64,000 bases of DNA from Candidatus Daviesbacteria bacterium GW2011_GWA1_41_61 (GCA_000997385.1 LCBT01000001.1:177493-241492), one strand, 5' to 3'; shown: positions 18,348 through 29,277, counted from the stretch's first letter. Notes: a model not told the origin generated them from the sequence alone. Translations and numbers: made by a program.

Positions 18348-19513
18348 TACCCCCTTAAGAAAAGAGCTGTCTCGACAAGTAATCCTCCCAGAAAAAATAG
18401 CATTATTAAATATCTAAAAAGTTTCGGTATATTAGTAATGAAAAGAGCCAGTAACAAAAAGCTGGGGAATAATATTATGACATAACGGGGTAAAGAGGAA
18501 AAACTCCCCGGGAGAGTTGGAAGAAGTAAACCGCTTAAAGCAAATAATAAGTAAGAAAGTCTGATTTTTTTAAAAAACCCATAAATAGGCAACAAGAAAA
18601 AGGTTACTCCGGTCAAAAATTCCAACACTACAGTTTGGTAAAGAGGATTGGCAGTTTCTAAAGTTAAAAGCATTTTTATATAACGGTAAACTACTTGAGG
18701 GAATAAAATTAAACCTTGTTGATGTTGGGGCCCAACGAGAGTTTGCAGGTTATAGAAAGCTAAAGGATCACCCACACTAGTCCACTGGTAATACATATAA
18801 CTTAAAAGCCCCAAAGGAATAAATAACAGCCAGAAAGATTTGGACAAGGCTGCTTTTTGTTGATAAGCTTCCAGAGCTAATGCCGGCAGCAGTAAGATTC
18901 CAAAAACCCTGGTAGTTGAAGCAAAAATAGCCATCAAAGCTGATAAAAGCCACCTCTTCTTTCTGGCAAAATAAAAGGAGGCTACTGCCAAAAATAAAAA
19001 TAAAGATTCATTGTAAAGGGAAGCAAAATAAAAAGAGGTGGGGAATGAAAGAAGCAACAATACTGTCCATAAGGATATTTTTTGAGAATAATCAATTCTA
19101 ACTAGTTTATAAAGTAAGACTAGGGACATCAGAAATGCCAGGTGGGATATCAAAAGCCCTATTAAAGTAGAGCTAAAAATAGCTGAGAAGATATCACTGT
19201 AAAAAGGGCTGGACAAAAGATCAATTAATTTTGGATATAGAGGGAAGAAAGCTTGCTCTAAATTTTTATAGCCAAAAATAGAGATTGATAAATAGTGTTC
19301 ACCATCAAAATTAGCCCAACCATAAAAAAGGGGTGCCAGTAGATAATTTTCTACTCCCCCGCCCAAGAAACGGTCAGTGGAACCTAATGGTACAATGGCC
19401 ACTGCCAAAAAGGCAACAAGACTCAGTATTATTCTCCAGCCCAAGAACACTCCTATGATGGTAAAAAAATATTCTGTGGTGTTTCTTTTGAAAAAAGAGA
19501 TTAAGCTGCTCAT
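18335..19513 (-). CDS. GT-C membrane protein with PIG-V/GT76-like mannosyltransferase motif
   Basis: 392 aa polytopic. WANFDGEHYLSISIFGYKNLEQAFFPLYP resembles the W.D..HY..IA..GY......AFFPL signature of PIG-V-type mannosyltransferases. Confidence 0.45.
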   Translation of the reverse strand: MSSLISFFKRNTTEYFFTIIGVFLGWRIILSLVAFLAVAIVPLGSTDRFLGGGVENYLLAPLFYGWANFDGEHYLSISIFGYKNLEQAFFPLYPKLIDLLSSPFYSDIFSAIFSSTLIGLLISHLAFLMSLVLLYKLVRIDYSQKISLWTVLLLLSFPTSFYFASLYNESLFLFLAVASFYFARKKRWLLSALMAIFASTTRVFGILLLPALALEAYQQKAALSKSFWLLFIPLGLLSYMYYQWTSVGDPLAFYNLQTLVGPQHQQGLILFPQVVYRYIKMLLTLETANPLYQTVVLEFLTGVTFFLLPIYGFFKKIRLSYLLFALSGLLLPTLPGSFSSLPRYVIILFPSFLLLALFITNIPKLFRYLIMLFFLGGLLVETALFLRGYWVA

Positions 19514-19525
19514 TGGTTACATTAT

Positions 19526-20566
19526 TTAGTTAACGACTTGCTGGTAGACATTAATAGTTTCACTAACCGTTTTCTCCCAAGTAAATCTTTTAACATTCTC
19601 CTCACCTTTCTTAACTAAATCACGACGAAGTTTATCATTTTTCAAAATTGAGTCGATCGCTTGGGCAATCTCCCCTACTTTATAGGGGTCAACCAAGACA
19701 GCTCCCTCTCCTGCTACCTCGGACATAGAAGAAGTCTTGCTAGTAATCACCGGAACGCCGCAAGACTGGGCTTCTAAAATAGGTAAACCAAACCCTTCGT
19801 AATAAGAAGGCAACAACAGTACTTGAGCTAAATTTATCAAAGCCACTAAATCATCAGTTGGTACAAATCCTAAAAGATGAACTTTGGGGTGATCACCAAA
19901 TTTTTCTAAAAATTGGGCATAGCTTCTCCTCTCAGGATGATCTAAATTACTTTTATCCTCAAAATCTTTCCCCACTAAAAATACCTCTATTCCTGCTTCT
20001 AAACTGGCTTGAGTTAAACCCACCAAGTTTTTATTCCAGTTAACACTACCAACAAAGATAACAAATTTTTGGGGCAGATTATATTTTTTTCTTACTTGGT
20101 CTAGTTTTTTTAAATCTTTGACGGGTTGAAAATCTGCAGCCGGGGCTAAAGGGATCGGAAAAATCTTATTTAAAGGTACATGAAGATATTTACTAATATC
20201 CTGCTTTGAGGACCGGGAATCAGTAATCACCGCTTTAACATCTCTTAAAGCCTGCCTTTGCCAAAAATTGTTGATTTTTCCTTTAATACCAGGAGGATAA
20301 TGCTGGGAAAAAATTAAGGGAATAGCATCATGGATGGTTACAATAGTGGGGAATTTGTTCTTTAAAGGTAGTGATCTTTGAAATAAATCCCAAAAAGGGA
20401 AATGGACTAAATCGGCATCTTTCACTTCAGAAATATCTGAAAATTCTTCAATTACCACCTCTGATCTTTTCTGAAGATGTTCCATTAAATTTCTGGCATA
20501 AACTCCAATCCCCCGGGTTTTATGACCGCTGGAAAGAGGAGAGATATTAAAAGCTACTTTAATCAT
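19526..20566 (-). CDS. GT4 (GT-B fold) glycosyltransferase
   Basis: LLLPSYYEGFGLPILEAQSCGVPVITS GT4 motif. Confidence 0.8.
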   Translation of the reverse strand: MIKVAFNISPLSSGHKTRGIGVYARNLMEHLQKRSEVVIEEFSDISEVKDADLVHFPFWDLFQRSLPLKNKFPTIVTIHDAIPLIFSQHYPPGIKGKINNFWQRQALRDVKAVITDSRSSKQDISKYLHVPLNKIFPIPLAPAADFQPVKDLKKLDQVRKKYNLPQKFVIFVGSVNWNKNLVGLTQASLEAGIEVFLVGKDFEDKSNLDHPERRSYAQFLEKFGDHPKVHLLGFVPTDDLVALINLAQVLLLPSYYEGFGLPILEAQSCGVPVITSKTSSMSEVAGEGAVLVDPYKVGEIAQAIDSILKNDKLRRDLVKKGEENVKRFTWEKTVSETINVYQQVVN

Positions 20567-21422
20567 TGAAAAGATACCTCCAGTAAGCCCGGGGGAAACG
20601 CAAAGCAGAAAAGAGTGAAAAGATTATCCCTGGGAAACCATCCAAAAGACCCTTATGGCGTATCTGGGTTAATAAAAACCACCAGATGGGTTTGACAATA
20701 AAGTAATTGACCATATTAATAGGGTTTTTACTCATTTTTTGTTTCCTCATATCTTGAGCTATCAGATTTATATAACGGCTGTTTCTTTGTAAGTATCTTC
20801 CAAAAGTGGTGTCAGCCAGATGCAACAAATCATGTTGCAGCCATCCTACCCTGCCTTTAACCACCATCTGTTCATGAACATCCTTACAAGGAAGATAGGC
20901 CTGGTCTTTTTTAAACAAACGGATAACTCCATCAGGATAAACTCCTCCAAAACGCAGGTATTTTCCTAAAAAGTAATTTAGCCGGGGAAAGAAAAAAGCC
21001 ACATAATCTTTACTGTTATCCCCTACCTGTCCATCCCTTTTTTCCAACAACTGTTGGTGTCTTAAAAAAAGCTGTCTGTTTTTTATATGCTGTTGGTAAT
21101 GGTCTATCTGCAGGTTTCTCATGTTAATAATTGAGGTAATCTCTTTGGCTAAGGCGGGGGGGATTCTTTCATCAGCATCCAAATATAAAACCCATCCTCC
21201 ACTGGCCAGATCAAAAGCTTTCTGCTTCATATTGTGAAACATCGGATCATTGGGAACTTGTACTACTTTGGCTCCCAACGACTTGGCAATCTCTACTGTT
21301 TTATCCTGGGAAGTACCGTCAACAATAATGATTTCATCGGCGATATCTTTCACCGATTTTAAACATTCACCGATATTGGCTTCTTCATTGAATGTGGCTA
21401 AGGCTACCGATAATTTATTCAT
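20559..21422 (-). CDS. GT2 family glycosyltransferase (LPS-core-type subfamily; paralog of 31217..32020 and 35387..36286)
   Basis: LSVALATFNEEANIGECLKSV...IIIVDGTSQDKT and YLDADERIPP. Confidence 0.75.
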   Translation of the reverse strand: MNKLSVALATFNEEANIGECLKSVKDIADEIIIVDGTSQDKTVEIAKSLGAKVVQVPNDPMFHNMKQKAFDLASGGWVLYLDADERIPPALAKEITSIINMRNLQIDHYQQHIKNRQLFLRHQQLLEKRDGQVGDNSKDYVAFFFPRLNYFLGKYLRFGGVYPDGVIRLFKKDQAYLPCKDVHEQMVVKGRVGWLQHDLLHLADTTFGRYLQRNSRYINLIAQDMRKQKMSKNPINMVNYFIVKPIWWFLLTQIRHKGLLDGFPGIIFSLFSALRFPRAYWRYLFND

Positions 21423-21431
21423 CCTGCTTTT

Positions 21432-23036
21432 TTAATATTTACTTACCATATAAAAAGCGTCAGTCCCATTGGGAAACTTCACCAGTTCAGCATTAGTAAA
21501 AGAATTTTTATATCTTAGTCCATTATAATGGCTGGGGCTGATGACATAAAGAACATTGGGAAAAGGTATGCTTTCAATCGGATCCCAATCTCCAAAGTGA
21601 TATTTGTCAAACACAGAGACCAAATTATAGCTACGGCTTTGGGTATCGTTATATTTCACCGTTTTCTGAAAATCATCTGGCAGTATTTTAAAATAATAAA
21701 GGAAAAATATATAAGGCTGAGACCGGACGTCGGTCATATAGACTTGCGAAAATTCAGGGTGTCTCTTAATGTAATCCACGATCTGTCTCATCCCGTACTG
21801 CCAATCTACAGCATATCTGTTTCCATACTCACCATAATAGTACGTTAGATTCTCTTTTAGAAAGATTCCATAAAGCAGTAATCCTCCCGCGATTATAACG
21901 ATTTTTAAAGGTAATTTATGCGCTAAATTTATCAGGAACGCAAATCCCAAAGCAATAATCAGATGCCAACTGCCAGTCATAAACATTGCTCTTCCGGCAT
22001 GAGGCGCTTCTTTAGCCAAAGCCGAAGGCACGGGACCAAGTAAGGCCCAAGCTAGAAGAAGTAAGGATACTTTGGACCGTTTCCGGACTAAAATGATAAG
22101 TCCCAAAAAGAGAAACAACGCCTCTATTTTATAAAATTCTCCGCTGGATTGAGCAGACAATCGGGAATTTCTGTCCCCGGAAATAAACAAAAATTCTGGG
22201 GAGAAATGAGTCAAATATTGATGAAAGATAATATCTACCTTTCCCACAAGTTCATTTTGAGTCATTTTATACCCTTGAGTAGATTGAATCTCCTTAGGAG
22301 AAAAAGCGGTTTGTTTCATTCGGGCTATACCTAAAAGCTCCGGGTTAAATAAAATAATCCCGATAAAAAATGACAGAATACCAATTCCCAACAAGAACTG
22401 TTTTTTAAGCTGCCGGAGTTTTTTAAAAAATAATATTACCAGTAACAAAATAAGCAGGGTGACAACAATTTTAGAGCTATGATAAGAAATTAAAGAGATA
22501 CCAAAGCTGAAAAAAGACAGGGATAACAAATAACTTTTTCTATTAATTCCCGCAAGAAACATCCACAATCCCAACATAAAGAAAAATACGGCAATATTAA
22601 ACTCATGATTAAAATGAGAAAAGTGTAAATTATAAGGTGAGATTGCTAAGATGAAAGCGGCCAAAAGCCCTATCCCGGAACTTTTAAAAAGCATTCTGCC
22701 TAAAAAAAAGATTATTAAAACGTTCAATACTCCAAAAATAGCTGCGGGTAACCTTGTCGAAAATTCCGATAATCCCAATATCTTAACCGAGACGGCAGTG
22801 ATATAAATATGAACCGGATGCTTGTCGTCTTCAAATGATTTAAAAAATAAAGGGAAATTCCTTCCCCCTTCATCCTGTCCAAAGTTAGCAATTGTCCACG
22901 CGTTATATCCCGCGGCAGCCTCATCCCAGGATAAAGAAGGAGGGATTTGGCTTAATTGATACAACCGGAGGGCTGCAGCTAAAAGAATAATCAAAAAAAA
23001 GGCGGTATAAATAAACTTCTTACTTAGAGTATTCAT
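21432..23036 (-). CDS. GT39/GT83-like GT-C glycosyltransferase (WDE family, paralog 1 of 3 in tandem)
   Basis: LSWDEAAAGYNAWTIANFGQDEGGRNFPLFFKSFEDDKHPVHIYIT. I favour the internal Met (MNTLSKK) as the start, based on alignment with the neighbouring paralogs. Confidence 0.7.
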   Translation of the reverse strand: MNTLSKKFIYTAFFLIILLAAALRLYQLSQIPPSLSWDEAAAGYNAWTIANFGQDEGGRNFPLFFKSFEDDKHPVHIYITAVSVKILGLSEFSTRLPAAIFGVLNVLIIFFLGRMLFKSSGIGLLAAFILAISPYNLHFSHFNHEFNIAVFFFMLGLWMFLAGINRKSYLLSLSFFSFGISLISYHSSKIVVTLLILLLVILFFKKLRQLKKQFLLGIGILSFFIGIILFNPELLGIARMKQTAFSPKEIQSTQGYKMTQNELVGKVDIIFHQYLTHFSPEFLFISGDRNSRLSAQSSGEFYKIEALFLFLGLIILVRKRSKVSLLLLAWALLGPVPSALAKEAPHAGRAMFMTGSWHLIIALGFAFLINLAHKLPLKIVIIAGGLLLYGIFLKENLTYYYGEYGNRYAVDWQYGMRQIVDYIKRHPEFSQVYMTDVRSQPYIFFLYYFKILPDDFQKTVKYNDTQSRSYNLVSVFDKYHFGDWDPIESIPFPNVLYVISPSHYNGLRYKNSFTNAELVKFPNGTDAFYMVSKY

Positions 23037-24591
23037 AAATATAAAAGGCGACACTTCCATCCTTATGGTAAAGGATATTCTTTACCCCCAGTTCATCCAA
23101 CCTGTCGGTAGGATGAGTAAAGATTAAAGTCTTGCCTAAAGGTAGCTGATTATAGTCCACATCGTCAAAGATAAACTTATCAAATCCTTTCACTTGGGAA
23201 GTTGCCGCCCTGATATCAGTGTTATATGTTAAGCTGGACCAAAACTGCTGGGGATCATATTGTTGATAAAATAAGGCAAAAATATAAGGCTGGGCATATC
23301 TGTCAGAAATTAAGACGTGGTCATAAGATTTAAACTCTTTAGCGTAGTGCTGATAAACCAACTTATAACCTTCCTGCCAATATGAAGAGCTGTTTAAAGA
23401 ATAAACATTTAAAAAATTATTAAAGTAAACTAAAAATAAACCTAAGTAGACTACCACTACTCCCAACACCAGTTTCTCCTTGTTTACAGAAAACTTGTTC
23501 TGTAAATAAATTACACCAAAAGAGGTAATAATACTAAAAAACGGCGCAGCGCTTAATGATCTTAAAGCGTGGGGTGCTTCACGGGCAACACTGGCCGGTA
23601 AAAAGCTTAGCAAAAGCAGTATTAATGGCCATCTACTGACCTTTGAATTCCCTTTCAAATGAACAAGTTCTTTGCTTCGCAAATAAAGCAACCCCAGAAA
23701 TAGTAAAATTGCATCATAGACAAATAATTGACCAAAGCCTGACTGTTGGGAACGAAGATTTTTATCTCCATTTATAAACAGATAGATGGGGTTAAAATGA
23801 GAGAGGTAATTTTGGACAATATCCAAAACAATAAAGACTTTTTTTCTGTCCAAATTCTCAATACCTATGGCTTGGAAACGGCTAATTGAACTTTCGCTCT
23901 TAAGAAAATTTACCAGCGGCAAACATCCTAAAATAAAAATCAAACCGGTTATAAAAACCACCACCAAACTTTTAGTAAGGTGTATTCGATGAATGGTTAA
24001 TAATCTGGTAGTAAAAATAAGTAAAACCAAGGGCGAAAGAATCCTGTAAGCGTTATAAGTGTACATACTCAACACAAAAGCCAGACCTGAAAAGAGAAAA
24101 AACCAGGGTCTTTGTGAAGCGTTCAAAAACGCCAAGACTCCCAAAAGGAAAAGTGTAAGTCCCGCAGTAGCTTCATAACCTGTTCGGGAGAAGATAAAAA
24201 AATATGGAGAAATCGATAAAAAAAAGGCACTTAAAAGCCCCACCGCTTTACTACTGGAGATTTTTTTAGCAATAAAATAAGTAAGTAGTATATTAAAAAA
24301 GGCAAAGACAACGGCGGGAAGCCTTACCGCCAGCTCATTTAGGCCGAAGGCAGAAACCGATAAAGCAGTCGTATAGATATAAACAGGCAGCTTATATTCT
24401 CCAAAGGCCTTAAAGTGGACCGGTAAAAACTGCCCCCACTCATCTTTCCCTGTTTGAGATATGGAATAAGCGTTATAACCTATTGATGCCTCATCCCAAT
24501 AAACTGAAGAAGGGATTTCATCAATTTTATAGAGTCTTGTACCCAAAAACAGAGTTAATATTAAAATCAGAAGGATGGTGCTTTTTTTCAT
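23020..24591 (-). CDS. GT39/GT83-like GT-C glycosyltransferase (WDE family, paralog 2)
   Basis: VYWDEASIGYNAYSISQTGKDEWGQFLPVHFKAFGEYKLPVYIYTT. Confidence 0.7.
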   Translation of the reverse strand: MKKSTILLILILTLFLGTRLYKIDEIPSSVYWDEASIGYNAYSISQTGKDEWGQFLPVHFKAFGEYKLPVYIYTTALSVSAFGLNELAVRLPAVVFAFFNILLTYFIAKKISSSKAVGLLSAFFLSISPYFFIFSRTGYEATAGLTLFLLGVLAFLNASQRPWFFLFSGLAFVLSMYTYNAYRILSPLVLLIFTTRLLTIHRIHLTKSLVVVFITGLIFILGCLPLVNFLKSESSISRFQAIGIENLDRKKVFIVLDIVQNYLSHFNPIYLFINGDKNLRSQQSGFGQLFVYDAILLFLGLLYLRSKELVHLKGNSKVSRWPLILLLLSFLPASVAREAPHALRSLSAAPFFSIITSFGVIYLQNKFSVNKEKLVLGVVVVYLGLFLVYFNNFLNVYSLNSSSYWQEGYKLVYQHYAKEFKSYDHVLISDRYAQPYIFALFYQQYDPQQFWSSLTYNTDIRAATSQVKGFDKFIFDDVDYNQLPLGKTLIFTHPTDRLDELGVKNILYHKDGSVAFYIYEYSK

Positions 24592-26237
24592 CTAACCTCT
24601 ACTATATCAAAAGCCGGCGCTGCGTTTAAGAAACTGATACTTTTAAGGCGCGGATAATCGGATGGAAAATCTTCCGGTTTACCGATATAAAGCTGTCTTT
24701 TCCCGGGATTTTTATTGACAATATCTTTAAAACTGGTTCCTTCATCACTTAAGTCAGGGAAATAGTATTTATCAAAATTTAAAACCCAAACCCAATCATT
24801 AGTTTCATATCTTACCAGGTTAGGATTGTTCTGGTAGCTTGAGGGAGGATAGTTTAAATAGAATAATGTAAACATATGCGGCTCCCCATAGCGCCGGCTG
24901 AAAACTAGCTGATCATATTCATTCTGATGCTCATTTATATAAGCTACCGCTTGTTTATAACCATACTGCCAATCGCGGGAATAGTTGACCGCATAATTTT
25001 TATAGTAGTTATTTAAATAAAACGCCACACTTACAACTATAACTATTACGGTAACAAAGGCCGTTGCTGTCTGTAATGTTTTCCGTTTCCCAACCAGTAG
25101 AAAGACTTCATAAAGACCCAAGGCACTCAGCAGCTGATAAACAGGTACACTAACCAAGGTTCGAAGGGCGTGAGGAATGCTGTCTTGGGTCATGGAAACA
25201 GGAACAAAAGCCAGTAGTAACCAGGATATTAAAAGCCACCTGAATTTGTTTTGAGTTTTGAACAAAAAATAAAGTCCTAACAGTAAAAATGGGGCCTGAA
25301 AAAGATAAAGTTCACCCATTCCCTGAACATGGTGCTGTTTATGGGGAGCGCCGGAAAAAAATAAAAAATCGGGAGTAAAATGGGCTAAATAATTTCCCGC
25401 AACATAATAGAAGATATAAGTTGCCTTATTGTGCGCCAAACGGGGCAAAGGATCCGGCAGAGAGGAGTTTCCCCTATTTTCATTAATTCTCAAAACTAGC
25501 CCGGGATCATCTGTAATACTTACTAATTTGTAACGGGCGTTGCCTTCTCCACTTAAATAGTAAGGGAGGAGGGGAATCATTAAGATTAAAAAAACAACTA
25601 ACGAGGCCAGTACTATCCTGGGCAATTTAAAAAAAGTTTTGCGAAAGAGAAGCAGCAAAAAGATTAAAAAAAGAGGAGTAAAAACTCTGGCTGTATTGTA
25701 AGTATAAACTGAGACGGCAAAAGGAATCATCGATAAAATAAACCATTTTTTATCCTCAAATCCCTTTACTAAAAACCAGATTCCTAAAACTACCCAAAAG
25801 ACGGCAAAAGAGGATTCAAACGAGGCCCGGGTCAGATGAATATGCCAGGGAGAAATAGCCAGTAAAAAGGCTGCGCCCATTCCCACCCAACTACTTCTAA
25901 ATAAGGCCAGACTTAAGAAAAAAACTGCCATAACTGTTAGTGTTCCATAAATAACCGGGGTAATCCTGACACCAAGTTCATTTAAGCCAAATAAAGCAAT
26001 GCCGGGGATAGAAGCATAGATTTGAGCTGGAAGTTTATACTCTCCATAAGCTTTAAAATGGATCGGTAAAAATTTACCCCACTCATCACGGCCTGTTTTT
26101 AAGACAGAATAGGCGTTATAGCCAATAGAAACTTCATCCCAATTTAAGGCAGGGGGGACTTCCGTTACCCGGTAAAATCTCAAAAAAAAGGCCAAAACAA
26201 TTATTAACCCCAGTAGGAGTATAGTCTTCTTATTCAT
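24588..26237 (-). CDS. GT39/GT83-like GT-C glycosyltransferase (WDE family, paralog 3)
   Basis: LNWDEVSIGYNAYSVLKTGRDEWGKFLPIHFKAYGEYKLPAQIY. ATGA overlap with the downstream paralog. Confidence 0.7.
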   Translation of the reverse strand: MNKKTILLLGLIIVLAFFLRFYRVTEVPPALNWDEVSIGYNAYSVLKTGRDEWGKFLPIHFKAYGEYKLPAQIYASIPGIALFGLNELGVRITPVIYGTLTVMAVFFLSLALFRSSWVGMGAAFLLAISPWHIHLTRASFESSFAVFWVVLGIWFLVKGFEDKKWFILSMIPFAVSVYTYNTARVFTPLFLIFLLLLFRKTFFKLPRIVLASLVVFLILMIPLLPYYLSGEGNARYKLVSITDDPGLVLRINENRGNSSLPDPLPRLAHNKATYIFYYVAGNYLAHFTPDFLFFSGAPHKQHHVQGMGELYLFQAPFLLLGLYFLFKTQNKFRWLLISWLLLAFVPVSMTQDSIPHALRTLVSVPVYQLLSALGLYEVFLLVGKRKTLQTATAFVTVIVIVVSVAFYLNNYYKNYAVNYSRDWQYGYKQAVAYINEHQNEYDQLVFSRRYGEPHMFTLFYLNYPPSSYQNNPNLVRYETNDWVWVLNFDKYYFPDLSDEGTSFKDIVNKNPGKRQLYIGKPEDFPSDYPRLKSISFLNAAPAFDIVEVR

Positions 26238-26288
26238 CCTAACCCCTTTATGGTAACAATTTAAAATCTTGAAGTAAATGAGCTCCGA

Positions 26289-27743
26289 TTATTTTGTAAA
26301 GCCCAAAAGGGGCAGGAGTTGGTTATTGGGATCACTGCAGACTTTATAATCATTAAACTTTTCTTCTTTGGGTAAAATTACCCCTAAAGAGCCAAAACGG
26401 GCATCAATTTCCCCTTCTGAGGTGGACCATGGAATAACTATATTGTAGTTAGGAGCCCCAGATCCAGGCTTAATCAAATTGACCCCTTTCCACCATAAAA
26501 GATATCTAAACCCTACATCAGTACCAAATTTAGCAATATAATTTACACCTATACAAGGGTAATTGTTTTTTGACATGTCATTTTGGATATATTCCACCAC
26601 TCTCTTTTTCTCCAGGTAACTATCCCCATACTCGGGCATTTTGATAAAAAAATAGGTATTGACCAAAAAAAATCCTCCAATAAACAGTAATATGATGTTT
26701 TTCCTGGAGTTTTGATAAAGATAAGAGGTTAGCACTGATACCAACAAAATAGGGATAACTACTAAATTAGCAAAATAATATTCGCTTATCCCCCTTTTGG
26801 AAACCAGTTGACTTAAAAGCATCACCACCACCCACACCCATAAGATTAAAAGATGATTTTTAAAGATAGCTTTTTTAAAATTAAGATATAAGGAGATGAT
26901 CCCCAAGAGCAAAATTTCCAGCAGCCCGGAAATTTTATATCCAAAAATAAGATTACCTCCCAAGGGTCCGGCGGCATTGTCTAAAATTCGGCTCAACCTA
27001 AACAAACCCTCTGCTTCCTCTGAATCCTGAGCTAAGAAAAACCAAAGCCCTCTAATCTGCCCAAAATCATGACGGATTTCAAAAAACCAAAAAGGAGCAG
27101 TTAATATAAGAAAGATAAATAAGGGGATAAGTAAATTTTTTAAATACGTTTTTGGGCGGGAAATTACTAAAACTAGGGGAATTAGAAGTAATAATGGCCC
27201 AAGGGCTACATGGATATGCCAAATCAAACCGGATAAAATTGCCAAAAGAATAAAGGATTTTTGATTTCCTTTATAAAATATAAAAAGTGCGTACAAAAAC
27301 CACACGGACCACAGAACCGTTGGTTGAGTCGGTACTATCCACCGGTCAAAAAAAGCATTAGTCCAAGAAACAGAATATAAAAATGAAGCAATTAAGCCAA
27401 CTTCTTGATTAAACAAGCGCTTAAGTACCCAATAAAAGCTGTATACCGTTAGAAGGCCAATAATAGTACCAGGAATTGTTGCCGCCAGAGGATTCATCTT
27501 TAGTCCAACAAAAAAAGGAGTTAAGAAGTAATAAAAAAGCGGTCCAATAAATACTCCATCAATGCTAGTCAATTGTCCAATTAAACGGTAATGTTTATCC
27601 ACTAAGATATCCTTTACTATCCACGAGTAAAGATCCTGATCGTGAGTAAAGATATAAAAAGACTCCAGTTTATAAATTCTAAAAAAAAGCCCTAATAAAA
27701 GAATAATAATAAGCAGTGTTTGGGTTTTACAGAAAAATTTCAT
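26289..27743 (-). CDS. GT-C-type polytopic membrane protein (paralog of 15523..17067)
   Basis: 484 aa. HDQDLYSWIVKDIL...LIGQLTSIDGVFIGPLFYY matches the D..RD/GPPTS/GP.YYY family pattern. Confidence 0.5.
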   Translation of the reverse strand: MKFFCKTQTLLIIILLLGLFFRIYKLESFYIFTHDQDLYSWIVKDILVDKHYRLIGQLTSIDGVFIGPLFYYFLTPFFVGLKMNPLAATIPGTIIGLLTVYSFYWVLKRLFNQEVGLIASFLYSVSWTNAFFDRWIVPTQPTVLWSVWFLYALFIFYKGNQKSFILLAILSGLIWHIHVALGPLLLLIPLVLVISRPKTYLKNLLIPLFIFLILTAPFWFFEIRHDFGQIRGLWFFLAQDSEEAEGLFRLSRILDNAAGPLGGNLIFGYKISGLLEILLLGIISLYLNFKKAIFKNHLLILWVWVVVMLLSQLVSKRGISEYYFANLVVIPILLVSVLTSYLYQNSRKNIILLFIGGFFLVNTYFFIKMPEYGDSYLEKKRVVEYIQNDMSKNNYPCIGVNYIAKFGTDVGFRYLLWWKGVNLIKPGSGAPNYNIVIPWSTSEGEIDARFGSLGVILPKEEKFNDYKVCSDPNNQLLPLLGFTK

Positions 27744-27747
27744 TTAC

Positions 27748-29277
27748 TTATTTTAAAGGAATCTCTCCTACCACCAGCCATCTCCATATAAACGGAAAAC
27801 GTAGAGATGACAGAAATGTTGATGGTACTATTGGGCAAGTCTTACTCTCACAATCCAATTCAAAAGCGTTATAAATATATACCACGTTAAAATAAATACC
27901 TATCACAATGACACCAACAATAATAAGACGGCAAGCTTTATCTAACCACTTTTCTTCAAAGATAAATTTTGATAATGAAGGTAGCATTAAAGCTGAAAAA
28001 ATCAGCCTAAAATTAGTTGGATCAATATTGGGACGGAAAGGATTAACTAATAATAAACGGTTACCTAAAAGCAACCCAGCAGCTAAAAAAGTGGCAAAAA
28101 AATCTGCCCTTTTTACTAAGTACTGTAAACCCCAAGCCGTAAGGATGGCTAAAAAAGGAAAGGCTGGAAAACGATACCACGGCAGGAGATCTCCTTCCCC
28201 GCCTGAGATCATCACTACCATAATCCAATAAACAAAAGTCAAACTAATTAACCGTTTTAGACCATCTAAAGGAGAGAAAATAAAATAAGCTGCCGACAGA
28301 AGTCCAAAAACATACCAACTATCTTTGAATATGAGGGTACGGTAAGCAGGCGAGATAAAAAACCAAGCTAAAGAGTTAAATCCAACGGGACGATGAGATT
28401 GGGTGGAGGTGATTTGCCAAAAAATTTCCTGGTCAAAATGCAATCCATACCAAAAATAAAAAATGATGAAAGGTATTGTCCCAATAATTAAATAGAGACT
28501 AAAACGTAAAACTAGCTTTACTTTCTTTAACTTATACAGCACCATAAAAACTATAAACAACACCAAAGGCAATAAAAAATATCCAGTGGGTTTAGATAAA
28601 CCAGCTATTCCCACCAGCAAAGGTAATGGTAGTAAGTATAAAAATTTAGGCTGCTGGTAAAATTTTAAAAGCAGATAAGTGGTGAGAGTTAAAAGAAAGG
28701 CAATAAGATTCTCCGGCATAGCAGATCTCGAGGCAAAAACTAAAATTGGAGTTGTTCCAAAAATGAGCATCGCTAAAATTCCCGTCCCAAAACCGCTGAC
28801 TAATCTTCCAATTAAAAAAATCATCACCGAAGTAAACCCAGCCAGCAAAACTACCGGCATTCTAATATAAGATGAAGGTACAAAATCAGTCTTTTCCGCT
28901 TTATAAAAGTGAGCAAAAGCCCCTACTAAAAGAGAAAAACCAGGTGGTTCATCTAGCCAGGGCTTATATAAAGTCACACTGGCCTCAGGTATCCCTCCTT
29001 TGTAAGAAATCTTGCCTTTAAAAACTTGCGCCCTCTTGGGGTAGTCAAGAGTAGACCAGGAAACCGGTACCCCCTCTTCAATAAGATAAAGCCCGGACCA
29101 GGCATAGAGCATTTCATCTAAATGATTAGCGGTGGGAACACGGTCATAGTTATGGGACCGCAGAATGAAAGTAAATACAAAAACCAGCAAAAATACAATC
29201 AGACGGAAGGTTGATGAAGATATCAGCTCTATACCAATTTTCCACAGCCCAACTTTCCTCAGATGCTCAAACCTCAT
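27748..29277 (-). CDS. GT-C membrane glycosyltransferase (ArnT/PMT-like)
   Basis: 509 aa polytopic. ANHLDEMLYAWSGLYLIEEGVPVSWSTLDY first-loop DE motif. Confidence 0.5.
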   Translation of the reverse strand: MRFEHLRKVGLWKIGIELISSSTFRLIVFLLVFVFTFILRSHNYDRVPTANHLDEMLYAWSGLYLIEEGVPVSWSTLDYPKRAQVFKGKISYKGGIPEASVTLYKPWLDEPPGFSLLVGAFAHFYKAEKTDFVPSSYIRMPVVLLAGFTSVMIFLIGRLVSGFGTGILAMLIFGTTPILVFASRSAMPENLIAFLLTLTTYLLLKFYQQPKFLYLLPLPLLVGIAGLSKPTGYFLLPLVLFIVFMVLYKLKKVKLVLRFSLYLIIGTIPFIIFYFWYGLHFDQEIFWQITSTQSHRPVGFNSLAWFFISPAYRTLIFKDSWYVFGLLSAAYFIFSPLDGLKRLISLTFVYWIMVVMISGGEGDLLPWYRFPAFPFLAILTAWGLQYLVKRADFFATFLAAGLLLGNRLLLVNPFRPNIDPTNFRLIFSALMLPSLSKFIFEEKWLDKACRLIIVGVIVIGIYFNVVYIYNAFELDCESKTCPIVPSTFLSSLRFPFIWRWLVVGEIPLK

